Shown here: piece after piece, positions 1 to 11,645 of the stretch
Layout of the letters: each line of letters starts with the position of its first letter
Position numbering within the stretch: the stretch's first letter is position 1
NCBI RefSeq assembly: GCF_006345805.1
Contig: NC_043017.1
Span: 6,510,001-6,574,000 of the forward strand
DNA: 64,000 nt
Direction: 5' to 3'
Source of the DNA: Octopus sinensis
Taxonomy: Eukaryota
Position numbers and translations under genes: made by a program
The notes under the pieces: model-generated
Databases searched by the model: none
Told to the model about the DNA's origin: nothing
The model's input: only the letters and a program-made list of their open reading frames with translations

Positions 1-1402
1 CCACCACTACCACCACCACCACCATAATCATCACACCACCTCTGACAATTATCATCACCACCATTATCATCATCATCATCATCATCATTGCCACCATCAC
101 TACCACTTGTCCATCCCATCCAAGCCACTAACTCCTACGTAATGTGAATCGGAAAGATCTGTCAATATACATGGTGAGTCTATAAATTATCTTTACAATT
201 TATTACCATTAATTGTGGAAGTTGTAAAGATAATTTATGAACGAGATAGGGAGATAGGACTATTGTCTGCCTCCACTGGACACCAATCAAGCAACGATAG
301 TTATCAACCAACTAATTAATCAACAAATTAATCAAATAGCCAATCAATCTATTAAACCAGCTATTCAGATAACCAATCTGTCAATTAATATAACAACCAG
401 ACAAGTAATTGAGCCAACTAACCAACAAGTCAACAAGCATACAGCTAAATAAACTATCAAACAATGAATTTTCCAATCATTCAGAAAACAAGTCAGGCTA
501 TTTGCCAACTTGCCATTTAGGCAACCAATCTGCCAGCTAAGCAATCAACCAAGCCATCAGCCTATGGACTTGTCACGTGAAGCTAGCTAGCCAATTAAGA
601 GACAAAATAAATTCCGAACCACTGACCGATCCACCGAACCACTGACCAATTCACCAAACCACCGACCAGACCATAAACCAAGCAGTAAGTCAAATAGCTA
701 ACCAATTTACCAGACAATCGGCCAATTAAGCAACCAATCAGCAAATCAATAAGGCAATCAATGTATTAATGAACAAGCCAACTAAGCAACCAATCTGCCA
801 ACCCAGCTACCAATAAATCGATGAAACGACCAACCAATCTGCCAACATCCTGTCAACTAGGCAACCAGTCTGCTAACCAAACAATTTAGCAACCAGCCAG
901 TCAAATAGGCAACAAATCTACCTAGCAACAAACCAACCAAGTGATCATCTAACAAGTAACTATTGATATAGATGTCTAGAAATCTAATCAATCAAGTGTG
1001 ACCGTACAACCATACAGCCCAACATCTAAAACTAGTTGGGTGTCCCCTCTAACTGTTTACCTGCTTCTCTAACCATTCACCCATCCATCCTCACATCCTC
1101 CCATCCTCCCATCCTGCCAACCAACTGGCCGGCCAGCCATTGCGACTTGTCACACAAGCAATCAATCATACAACAGCTATACATACAATACATATGTATG
1201 CGTGTGCGCGCATGTGTGTGTGTGCACGCGTTTGTGTGCGCGCGTGTTGTGTGTGTGTATCTGTATACATAAATATATAGGGAGAGATATACAGACATAT
1301 ATGTGTGTGTGTATATCAAACAGCTTCCTTTTGGATCAAACAATAAAGTAAACGTATCGCTCATCTACAATAAAAAACTTGCCCAGGCATGTGGAACATT
1401 AT

Positions 1403-1433
<31 letters not shown>

Positions 1434-1494
1434 AGCATATGATGCATAAATACAAAGATATACATTCATATGTGTATATGTGAGTAGGTGTCAT

Positions 1495-2012
1495 GGGTGT
1501 GTGTGTGTGTGTTTATATATATATATGCATGCATGTATGTATGTATGTATGTATGTATGTATGTATGTATGATTATGTATGTATGTATGTATGTATGTAT
1601 GTATGTATGTATTGATGTATGTATGCATGCATGTATGTATGTATGTATGTATGTATGTAGGTAAGTAGTGTGTGTTTATATATATGTATATGCATGCATG
1701 CATGCATGTATGTATGTATGTGTATGTATTATGTATGTATGTATGTATGTATGTATGTATGTATGTATGTATGTATGTATGTATGTATGTATGTATGTAT
1801 GTATGTATGTACGTACGTACGTACGTACGCATGTATGTATGTATGTATGTAGGTATGTAGGTAAGTAGTGTGTGTTTATATATATATATATATATGCATG
1901 CATGCATGCATGTATGTATGTATGTATGTATGTATGTAGGTATGTAGGTAAGTAGGTATGTAGGTAGGTATGTAGGTAGGTAGGTAGGTAGGTAGGTAGG
2001 TAGGTAGGTAGG
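1495..2012. repeat. (TATG)n/(TAGG)n compound microsatellite
   Basis: Read directly from the sequence. Confidence 0.97.
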
Positions 2013-2020
2013 TGTAGATA

Positions 2021-2110
2021 TACGAGGGGGTACCCAAAAGTAACTGGAAACTTTCTCTGTGGGACAAGCCCATTGTAGTTCAGGCTTCTGCTGCTAGAAG
2101 CCACTTGATA
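2021..2110 (+). mobile_element. Mariner-like terminal fragment
   Basis: tacgagggggtacccaaaagtaactggaa resembles a mariner TIR, directly after a microsatellite. Confidence 0.4.
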
Positions 2111-2347
2111 CGACCCTCAAGCATCGGAGTGCTAGGACAATTCATCCCCAGTTATTTCATCAATGGTTAATTTGTCTCCAGTCAATTTGTCATTGATCAA
2201 TTCATCCCCAGGTCAAATCATTGTTGGCCAACTCGTCCCAAAATACTCTTAAATGTGATTTTCATGGGAAAGTTTAGAACAATCACTTTAGAATTAAAAT
2301 TATTGTTAGACAGTTTTACATATTTTTCCCACTTTTTTAACCTCCAC

Positions 2348-2400
<53 letters not shown>

Positions 2401-2882
2401 GTATCTTCTCTGAACAGTTTACAAACAAATATTTTCAAGCAAATCGAATTAAACTTATTCAATATTCCCACCCATCAACATGACTACCTGCAAGATCATA
2501 ACTTCAGAGGAAGGAAAAATCAAAAGTGGTCGATCAAGAAAATAAGCAGAATGCAGATGGATTGAAAATATATACTGGAGGTGCGAAAATCATGTGTGAA
2601 AGGCATGACTTCATTTTAAGTAAGGTCTATTTCATCTCGTGAGGCTCCTCACTCAGTTATCACTGGTGAAGTTCAGAATTTAAACCACTATACATTGTTG
2701 CAAATAATAGGAATATTAGACGTTGAGGTAAGCTGATTCCAACTGTCCTACAACCCCACTTACAAATGTTGGGTTTTCCATTCCAAGTGAATACGCCTAC
2801 CTTAATGATGAAACGCTTTTACAGTATGACAACAGGATGGAAGTGCTTGTGTCTCACTTTATAGCTTCCTTGATGCTTCAAA

Positions 2883-2917
<35 letters not shown>

Positions 2918-3034
2918 CTGATAGATAGACAGATAGATAGATAGATAGATAGACTGACAGATAGACAGACAGATGGATAGATAGATACACATACAGATAG
3001 AAAGATAGTTAGATAGACACATATATATATATGC

Positions 3035-3070
<36 letters not shown>

Positions 3071-3074
3071 CCGC

Positions 3075-3280
3075 CTGACTGGCCCCGTGCCAGTGGCATG
3101 TAAAAGCACCCATTACACTCTCGGAGTGGTTGGCATTAGGAAGGGCATCCACTGTAGAAACTCTGCCAGATCAAGATTGAAGTCTGGTGCAGCCATCTGG
3201 TTTGCCAGCCCTCAGTCAAATCGTCCAACCCATGCTAGCATGGAAAGCAGACGTTAAACGACGATGTTGATGATGATATA
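3075..3280 (+). mobile_element. RTE-type 3' end (5'-truncated)
   Basis: aaaagcacccattacactctcggagtggttggcattaggaagggcatcc...ccaacccatgctagcatggaaagcagacgttaaacgacgatg. Confidence 0.8.
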
Positions 3281-3351
3281 TACATATATACATATTTTCC
3301 TCCACAGTGGTGCTCCAGCATGACCACAATCACATGGCTCAAATGAATAGA

Positions 3352-3387
<36 letters not shown>

Positions 3388-3546
3388 TGAGTGAGAGAGA
3401 GATTCACACATACAAGTATATATAAACACATGTATATATGTACTCACACACACACACACACACATACACACATATACACACACACATATATATACACACG
3501 TACACAAGAGACAAAAGAAAAAGAAAATAGGGAAAACAAGTTTCAC

Positions 3547-3770
3547 CTGTCCATATAAACTCTGAATTAAACCCCGCTCCATATCCATGCGAGACAACTA
3601 AAGGCCTGACAGTGTCCTGGCAGCTTTTGTCGACATACATAAAAGCACATCCCTTGGGGGTTGACAACCACTTGTGCGCGTTCGACGTATAATACGTGGG
3701 CCGCAGTGAACGCAAGTTCAACTTCTGACTGCCGAGTGCATGCGCTCCGTCAACATAGACAGCAACTTTC
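3547..3770 (-). CDS. Coding exon 8 with PLP-binding Asp and Lys: (R)KVAVYVDGAHALGSQKLNLRSLRPTYYTSNAHKWLSTPKGCAFMYVDKSCQDTVRPLVVSHGYGAGFNSEFIWT(G)
   Basis: Acceptor tttatccatag|, donor ACAG|gtgaaa, 224 nt, phase 2-1; DGAH and SNAHKW motifs (Schiff-base Lys codon 3673-3671). No convincing downstream exon found in 1-3546. Confidence 0.97.
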
Positions 3771-5244
3771 CTATGGATAAATATATAATGGGGGAACAAT
3801 ACAAAAGCAACAGAATTATGGGGAAAAAATATACATAAATTATTGTTTTGAATAATCTTTAATTTTTTGTCATTTATCTTTTATCTTGCACTGTTTCAGT
3901 TGTTGAGCTGTGGCCTAGCTGGAGTACTGCTTTGAAGGGTTTTTTTTTTTTTTAGTCAAACAAATCAATCTCAGTATTTTTTATATTTTATCTTTTTATT
4001 CTTTCGCTTGTTTCCGTCATTTGACTGTGGCCATGCTGGTGCACCGCCTTGAAGGCCACTTTGTTCAAAGAAATCGATCCCAGGACTTCTTGTTTAGAAG
4101 CCCACGGCTTATCCCATTGATTTTCTTTTGCAAAACCACTAAGTTACAGGGATGTAAACAAACTAACATTGGTTGTCAAGCGATGGTGGGGGGGGACAAA
4201 CAGACACAGACACAGACACAGACACACACGCAGGTTCAATCCCACTGCGTGGCACCTTGGACAAGTGTCTTCTACTATAGCCTCAGGCCAACCAAAACCT
4301 TGTGAGTGGATTTGGTAGATGGAAACTGAAAGAAGCCTGTCGTATATATGTATGTATATGTATATATGAGTTTGTATTATTCTATATATGGCAAATGGAA
4401 TAAGTATAAAAATGAACATTGTCTACATTTTAAAACTGATGTAATGCTTACAGTGTTTAATTAAATGAAGTAGCATGAAACGATTGTACTACACTACCTT
4501 GGATGTCCTTGTTGACTTATTTCGATTATATATATATATATATACATACATACATTTAAATATACAATGGGCTTCTTCCAGTTTCTATTAACCAAATCCA
4601 CTTACAAGGCTTAGGCTGACCCAAGACAATAGGTAGAAGACCTTTGCCAGAAGTGCTACACTGTGGGACTGAACCAGGAACCATATAGTTTGTGGATGGC
4701 AATAAATTAATTTTTCAGAAAAGTTTAAAAAAGTAATTTGGCGAAAAAATATTTCTATAAAATACTAATTATCAAAGAAATAATGAAAATTTGTGATCGG
4801 GGTTCTGAAAAAAACATTTAAATTGTGAAAATTTGACAAGATAATTTAATACATCTAAATGTTCTTTGTCAAATTTTCTTCATCTAAATTTCTTCATTCT
4901 AAATCTTTTATACATTTTTTCCCCCTTCAATCTATGTATTTTGTTTCTTTTCAAAATGTAATTTTCTTCATCTAATTATATAAACTGTAATTATATAAAT
5001 CTAATTTTTTAAAAATCTAATTTTCTTAGTCTAAATTGTCTTCAAGCAAAAGCTTTCATGTGGTTTGTAGAATGCAATATGTTATGTTTTTGTATTGAGT
5101 GAATTAAAAATTCTAAAATCTTCACCAGTCTGCTGGTCTGCCAATGGTAGTTTTATCATTTTCTTCTTCTATCAAAGGAACTGAACTCTGCACAGCAAGG
5201 CTAGGAAACACTCATCGGTACCACAGTGCTACCACTGTTTATAC

Positions 5245-5463
5245 CAGTGGTTTTCAACCAGTGTTCCGCGGAACCTTAGGGTTCCGCCAGTACAGTCCAG
5301 GGGTTCCACAAGAAGTTACAAAACTGCTAAAATCGGCAGTAATTTTTAATTCTCCTGTGCAGATATGTGTGCATAAGACTATTAAATTATTGCACAGGGG
5401 TTCCTTGAGCCAGTGGAATGTTTCCTTGGGGTTCCGCTCCAGCAAAAAGTTTGAAAAGCACTG
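5245..5463. mobile_element. hAT-superfamily MITE
   Basis: TIRs CAGTGGTTTTCAAC / TTTGAAAAGCACTG (12 of 14 match) and a perfect 8-bp TSD GTTTATAC at 5237-5244 and 5464-5471. Confidence 0.9.
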
Positions 5464-5509
5464 GTTTATACACTAGCAAGATGTATGCCATCGTGTGATT
5501 CATACGTCA

Positions 5510-5720
5510 CCCTTTAGCATTTAAACTGGCCGTGTCAGGCCAAAATATTCTTCCCATTTTTATGTTCAAACTGGCCAAATCCAGCCTCTCACAACAACAT
5601 TACAATTCTAGTCCAAAACAAATACTGTCGCATAATCAAAATCTTCAGGCTACAAAATAATGCAGGGCAAATTCAAAACAACGTGAATAAATATGTTACA
5701 TTTAATAGGATAATCTAAAC
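5510..5720. mobile_element. piggyBac-like MITE fragment
   Basis: Starts ccctttagcatttaaactggcc; reverse-orientation homolog of 33708-33906. Confidence 0.5.
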
Positions 5721-6255
5721 TAGTGGGACGCATGGATATTTCATGGAATATAACAATCCCAGCAATATACTGGTCCCAGCATTCCCAGCAAATATACCAA
5801 TCCCAGCATTCCCAGCAATATACTGGTCCCAGCATTCCCAGCAAATATACCAATCCCAACATTCCCAGCAAATATACCAGTCCCAGCGTTCCCAGCAAAT
5901 ATACTGGTCCCAGCATTTCAGCCACTTTTGGAATCCAACCTGGAAGTCATTTTCTGTTAGCGAGTCGAAGACCTTCTGCAATTCGTTCTGGCTTTTGACA
6001 ACAGTGTTGAAACGGTGACCTTTGCGCTGTCTTTTCATCTTGGAGAAGAGATGGAAGTCCATGGGTGCTATTTCTGGCGAATGGGGTGGGTGCAGAAGCA
6101 ATACAATGTTGTTTTTGGCCAGAAACTCATGAATGAAGTGAATAAGCTGCCGGACAAGATAGTGAAGATGCCGACGACCGCTTGGTTCAAAGTCTCTCTT
6201 GACCAGAAATGGTCTGAACACTTTGAATGACCACCCTCCCTGTACATAACTCCCT
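5715..6255 (-). pseudogene. Mariner transposase remnant (C-terminal DD34D region), internally deleted
   Basis: ORF 5715-6293 contains HPPHSPEIAPMDFHLFSKMK...FQKWLKCWDQYI, matching the mariner HPPYSPDLAPxDFxLF and W.KC motifs. Confidence 0.9.
5758..5917. repeat. 26/27-bp minisatellite (about 6 units) derived from the mariner ORF end
   Basis: Units cccagcaatatactggtcccagcatt and cccagcaaatataccaatcccagcatt alternate. Confidence 0.9.
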
Positions 6256-6503
6256 GTCCCCCTACATGGCATTGCTTTTGCTTTTTGAGCCAATAAAAAT
6301 TGAATTGAATTGAATTGAATGAAGAGAGCTTAGTGATGGGGTGCATTGCTGTCACCAAGAATCCAATTCTTCATGATCCACAGATCCGGTCGCTTTTGCC
6401 GAATGCCCTCCTGCAAATGCTTGAAAACTTTGTAACAGAACTCTCGATTTATGGTCTGGCCCTTGGGGACAAATCCTCCATGTGGATGTCAAAAAAAAAA
6501 ACA

Positions 6504-6905
6504 AGGCGCAGGAGTGGCTGTGTGGTAAGTAGCTTGCTAACCAACCACATGGTTCCAGGTTCAGTCCCACTGCGTGGCATCTTGGGCAAGTGTCTTCTGC
6601 TATAGCCCCGGGCCGACCAATGCCTTGTGAGTGGATTTGGTAGACGGAAACTGAAAGAAGCCTGTCGTATATATGTATATATATATGTGTGTATGTGTGT
6701 GTGTGCGTTTGTCCCCCAAGCATTGCTTGACAACCGATGCTGGTGTGTTTACGTCCCCGTCACTTAGCGGTTCAGCAAAAGAGACCGATAGAATAAGTAC
6801 TGGGCTTACAAAGAATAAGTCCCGGGGTCGATTTGCTCGACTAAAGGCGGTGCTCCAGCATGGCCGCAGTCAAATGACTGAAACAAGTAAAAGAGTAAAG
6901 AGTAA
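6504..6905 (+). mobile_element. tRNA-derived SINE family A, full length
   Basis: Head ggctgtgtggtaag...ggttcagtcccactg (A/B boxes), ccttgggcaagtgtctt, (TA)(TG) linker, tail ...ctccagcatggccgcagtcaaatgactgaaacaagtaaaagagtaa. Confidence 0.9.
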
Positions 6906-7449
6906 GGAACATGGCCTTGATTGGGCTGGGGCTTTGTCAAGTCTTCTTCGGTCATGGAGATGACGGCCTCTTCCATTGTGACCACTGCTGCTTCATCACT
7001 GTAAGCTTGCCGAAGCATGGTCAATGTCTCTGTAGCAGACTTCCCAACTTAAAAATGCAAAATTTCATGTTGGCTCTTTGTTCCTGTCCATGACAAAATC
7101 ACAGACGACAGCCTACACATGGTTACAAAAAGATTAATTTCACAACTTGCAAAGTAAACACGTCAATCAAGCACACTGCATCATGAAGATCACTGCTAGC
7201 TCTCACTGTGCACTCACTTGTGTGCTGCCACCTGTTGGTGCACTACAGAACTAGTCAGGGAACTTTTTGATACCACCTCATATGTGTGTATATGTTTGTG
7301 TATGCATCCATACAAACACATATACACTATTCACATACAGAAATGCACACAGACACACACACACACGCACTTATAATTTAATCTACATCCAATGTAATAT
7401 GGTCAAGCTTCAATATCAGCTGAGAAGAAAAAAATGACCAAACACTGAC

Positions 7450-7571
7450 CTCTGGTGGCAAATCTCAATAATTTCCTTTACTGGCATGGTCAAGGCAAAG
7501 TTACTGGCTATGTGGTCAAAGATAGCCAGGCGAGTCCCAGGTTTCAGTTTGTCTTGTACCAATTCTATAAT
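7450..7571 (-). CDS. Coding exon 7: IIELVQDKLKPGTRLAIFDHIASNFALTMPVKEIIEICHQ(R)
   Basis: Acceptor ttttctctttaattccag|, donor AG|gtcagt, 122 nt, phase 0-2; T+LA.FDHI.S..A..MPVKE class-V motif. Confidence 0.95.
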
Positions 7572-7682
7572 CTGGAATTAAAGAGAAAAAAAATAAGACA
7601 AAACACCACCAACTGTTGTTTATGTTATTGTTTTGTTGCTGTTGCTGTGGTTGTTGTTGTTATTAATATTGTGGTTGCTTAA

Positions 7683-8390
7683 TGAGGCAAACTGGCGGAA
7701 TCGTTAGCAAACTGGACAAAACACTTAGTGGCATTCCATCCGTCTACCTGTTCTGAGTTCAAATTCCACTGACCTTTCAAGATCAATAAAGTAAGTACCA
7801 GTTGTGTACTGGGGTCGATGCAATCGACTTAATCCCTACCCTGGAACTGCTGGCCTCGTGCCAAAATTTGAAACCATTATTATGGTTGCTTAAAGCAGGG
7901 AGCAGACAGAATCGTTAGCAGGCCAGAGCAAACAATTAGCAGCATTCCATCTTTCAAATTCTGCTACAGTTTCAAATTTTGGTAGAAGGCCAACAATTTC
8001 AGGAAAGGAGCTAAGTTGATTACATTGAGTCCTGGTGCTCAACTGGTACTTAATTTATCGACCTCAAAAGGGTGAAAGGCAAAGTTGACCTCAGCGGAAT
8101 TTGAACTCAGAATGTAGTGACAGGTGAAATACGCTAAGCATTTCATCCAGTTGCTAACAATTCTGCCAGTTCACCACCTTGAGGAGGAGGAGGATTCTTT
8201 CTACTGGAAGCACAAGGCCCCAAATTTGGGGGAAGGGATTAAGTCGTAACTGGTACTTATTTAACCAACCTCGAAAGGATGAAAGACAAAGTTGACCACA
8301 GCAGAATTTGAACTCTGAACATAGCGGCAGACAACATACTGCTGAGCATTTCGCTCATTGTGCTAACGATTCTGCCAGCTCGCTGCCTTA
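7683..8390. mobile_element. Cluster of four SINE family B copies (two plus, two minus) in intron 6
   Basis: Head ggcgagctggcagaatcgttagca...ctgagttcaaattc, and central gactttgcctttcatcctttcggggtcgataaattaagtaccag resembling the Nin/Deu SINE domain. Confidence 0.8.
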
Positions 8391-8553
8391 ATAATGATGA
8401 TGATGATGATGATGATGATAATGGTTTCAGATTTTGGCACAAGGCATAATAATGATTCTACAGCTCGGATAACAATAATAATGAAAACAACAACATCAAT
8501 AACAACTACAACAATAACAACACTGTCGAGCAGAATATATGGTATAAGATGAC

Positions 8554-8648
8554 CTGGTTTCTGTTAGTGAGAGGGAGTTCCACAGTTTCTTCCTGGAGAT
8601 GGACACCAGTCAGTCTGGAAACTTCTCTCAACAGTTTCTTCACAGCAC
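8554..8648 (-). CDS. Coding exon 6: (G)AVKKLLREVSRLTGVHLQEETVELPLTNRNQ
   Basis: Acceptor tctatattgaaaccatcag|, donor CAG|gtcatc (weak but GT), 95 nt, phase 1-0; completes TYGAV and joins exon 7 in frame. Confidence 0.88.
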
Positions 8649-9302
8649 CTGATGGTTTCAATATAGAAAGAATATAATGAGGAATGGGGTGGATATTGGG
8701 TGACCAAACACTAGTGCCAATACCAACACCACCACCACCACCACCACCAACTGCAACTACAGCAACAACAACAATACCTCCACCACCATTACTACCACTA
8801 ATTCCACCATCACTACAACCACCACCACCACCACTACCAATAATAACAGCACCTCTACAGCAGCCACCACTATCAACCTGAACCAGCACCATCTGAGCCA
8901 CCCCCACCATCACCATTTCCACCACCACCACCACAACCACCACCACAACCACCACCACAGTACTCCTGATGGAAACAGCACTACTACTACCACAACACAC
9001 ACCACCACAACCACCACTACCACTACAACCTCTACAATCACCACCACTATCCCCTCGGCAACCACAACAAGACATAATAGGTGGCTACTATAAACCACAG
9101 TTGTACTGTAAATAGGTGGTCTACATGGTCATTCTTCCTGCTAGAAATAACAGCTAGAACACACTCTCAACTTCACCCTAATATAGACTCACAAGAAATA
9201 CTACCAACATAGACAGAATTCCATCTTGGTCACCTTCACCCCAGATTATCAGTTCCACTCCAATACATTAAACTCAAGTGCAGTATGTCACACTCAACTT
9301 AC

Positions 9303-9419
9303 CGTATGTTGTGTTCAAGAAGAATATGGTGTCTTCTTTAGTGAACGGAATCCCTCGAACGACAGTGCTGGTGGCAGTTGTTGCATTGCTGACCAGTACA
9401 AGATCGGTAGGGTCACAGC
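9303..9419 (-). CDS. Coding exon 5: (G)CDPTDLVLVSNATTATSTVVRGIPFTKEDTIFFLNTTY(G)
   Basis: Acceptor tctgtctccttgcag|, donor TACG|gtaagt, 117 nt, phase 1-1; NATT is the PLP phosphate-binding motif. Confidence 0.95.
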
Positions 9420-10760
9420 CTGCAAGGAGACAGAGGTGGTTTTAGAGAGAACAACATAAATGTCACAACATCACAGCCATAACTATATTGTTAATACACA
9501 AATACAGGATCATAGCCTGTAATAATAGAAAGGTGATTTTATAGAGAACAGCATGAAAGCCACAGCATCACAACCATAAGTATATTGTTGACATAGCATT
9601 ACAGTATGCAATGATACAAAAGTGGTTTTACAGAGAACAGCATGAACGCCACAACATCACAGACATAACAACATCTATTATAATAAAAAGTGAAATTCTG
9701 TCAGTCTGTGACCCCTGTATCTTAGTCTACATAGACATAATATACATTTTTTGGAATCGAATGATCCTGGGATTGAAAATCTGGCCTTCATTTGGTTCTT
9801 GAAGTTCCAGCATTGGGATCTGACATAAAAGCATTTGGGTTGCTATTTCTAGCAGGTAAAAGCTTGGCTGATTCATGCCATCTTGGTTGGTGTTTGTCAG
9901 ATGACGTTGGAGATCAAGGTGGGGAGATAAATGATATTCACTTCGTTAATTTTACATTGAGATAAGAACTTTGGGACAAATTGGCCAACAGTTGGAATTC
10001 AACTTGGGACTGGAACAATAGAATGATTGCATTACAGTATTAATTCCCATCCGTCCTTAACCTCTGATCAAACACCACCAAGGCATTCAGTCATTATAGG
10101 CGTATTGTAGTCATGCTATTTAGCTCTCTTTAGTTTTGGGCTGCAGGGCCAATTAGCCCTCCACAGAAGGTAGCCTAAAAGTCCGCACAAAGGGCAGCTT
10201 TTGAGCTAGGTGTTAGTAAACCAATACAGGATCATAGCCTGTAATGACACAGAGGTGGTTTTAGAGAAAACAGCATGAAAACCACAACATCACAGCCATA
10301 ACTATATTGTTAGTACATCAACACAAAGTCACAGCGTGCAATGATACAGAGGTGTTTTTATAGGGGCCAAGATGAATGCCACAACATCACTGCCAGCACT
10401 ACATTCTTAACAAACCAGCAGAAGATCACACCATGCAAAATGGTTTTATAGAGAACAGCATGCAGACCACAACATCACAACCATCGCAACATTGCTAATG
10501 AATCAATACTGGGTCACATCTCGCAATAATATAAAGATGGTTTTATAGAGAAAAGCATGAACGCCACAACATCACTGCCACCACTACATTGTTTATACAT
10601 CAGCAGAGGGTCACAGCCTGCAATGATAAACCAGAAGTGGTTTTATAGAGAACAGCATTATAGGGAACATCATTAAGGCCACAACATCACTGCCATTACT
10701 AAAATTGTTAGTAAACTGATAGAGTCACAGCATGCAAGGAGACAGAAGTGGCCTGTCTGA
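9410..10760. repeat. Degenerate ~97-bp tandem repeat (about 3 units at 9410-9690 and about 6 at 10215-10760)
   Basis: Recurrent gtcacagcctgcaa...gtggttttatagagaacagcatgaa..ccacaacatcac, with equivalent positions at 9419, 9516, 10238, 10335, about 10432, about 10520, 10617 and 10731. Confidence 0.85.
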
Positions 10761-11421
10761 TAAACAACTGTTGTAAAGCATGAACACCACAACTTCAACC
10801 ATCATTAGTGACACAGCCATACAAACATCAAAACCACCACCACTGCCACCACCAATATCACAACCATTGACCCAGCATACCACCACTGTCATCAACACCA
10901 CCACCACTACTACTCCCATCACCACCATCGACCCAGCATACCACCATGACCATCACCATCAATAACACTGATATCTATGCCATCAAACCACCAATATCAC
11001 CACCATCAACCCAGAATACCACCACCACCACCATCACCAATATCACAACCGTTGAGCAGTATGCCACCACTGCTATCAACACCACTACCAACACCACCAC
11101 CACCACTACTCCCATCACTACCATCAACCCAGCATACCACCACGACCCAGCATACTACCACGACCATCACCATCAATATCGCCAATATGTATGCCACCAT
11201 CACCACCACCACCACCAATATCACCACTATCAACCCAGAATACCAACACCACCACCACTGCCACCACCACCACCACTGCCACCACCACCACCACCACCGT
11301 TAACAGCACCAACAGCATCATCACTAATAGCATCACCTCATCCCCCCACTGACCCACCACAACCACTGCCATCATCTCATCACCATTATTATATCATCTC
11401 AGTTGTGGAAGAAAGACTTAC

Positions 11422-11521
11422 CTACAAACTTGGCAAGTTGTCTGCTGATATCAACTAAGAGAGGGAAAAGTTCTCGGTCCAAGAATCTCAAGGGCTGTAG
11501 TTCTGTATGTCGTTGATATTT
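11422..11521 (-). CDS. Coding exon 4: KYQRHTELQPLRFLDRELFPLLVDISRQLAKFV(G)
   Basis: Acceptor ctctctcctgtag|, donor GTAG|gtaagt, 100 nt, phase 0-1; E.QP.RF motif typical of Egt2/LCD/CefD-like proteins. Confidence 0.93.
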
Positions 11522-11608
11522 CTACAGGAGAGAGAAGTACACTGCAGCATAACACAAGTGTGTGTTTATGTGTGTGTGTGTATGTATGTAACTATGTATG
11601 CATGAATG

Positions 11609-11644
<36 letters not shown>

Positions 11645-11645
<1 letters not shown>

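Noticed and set aside
280-1010. Long AACC/CAAT-rich stretch with apparent periodicity
   Set aside because: It looks like a decayed tetranucleotide field, with no stable higher-order unit or ORF.
2459-2487. Possible terminal exon (G)SHVDGWEY* after acceptor atcttgcag, phase-compatible with exon 8
   Set aside because: It would delete the roughly 100+ residue small domain expected in class-V enzymes and has no homology support. The true 3' exons probably lie outside the window.
2621-2727. Plus-strand open stretch ending in GAG|gtaagc (SISSREAPHSVITGEVQNLNHYTLLQIIGILDVE)
   Set aside because: No recognisable homology and no partner exons found; could be chance.
6504-6600. tRNA-like A/B boxes here and in many other copies
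   Set aside because: They are SINE heads with no complete cloverleaf, followed by SINE bodies, so not tRNA genes.
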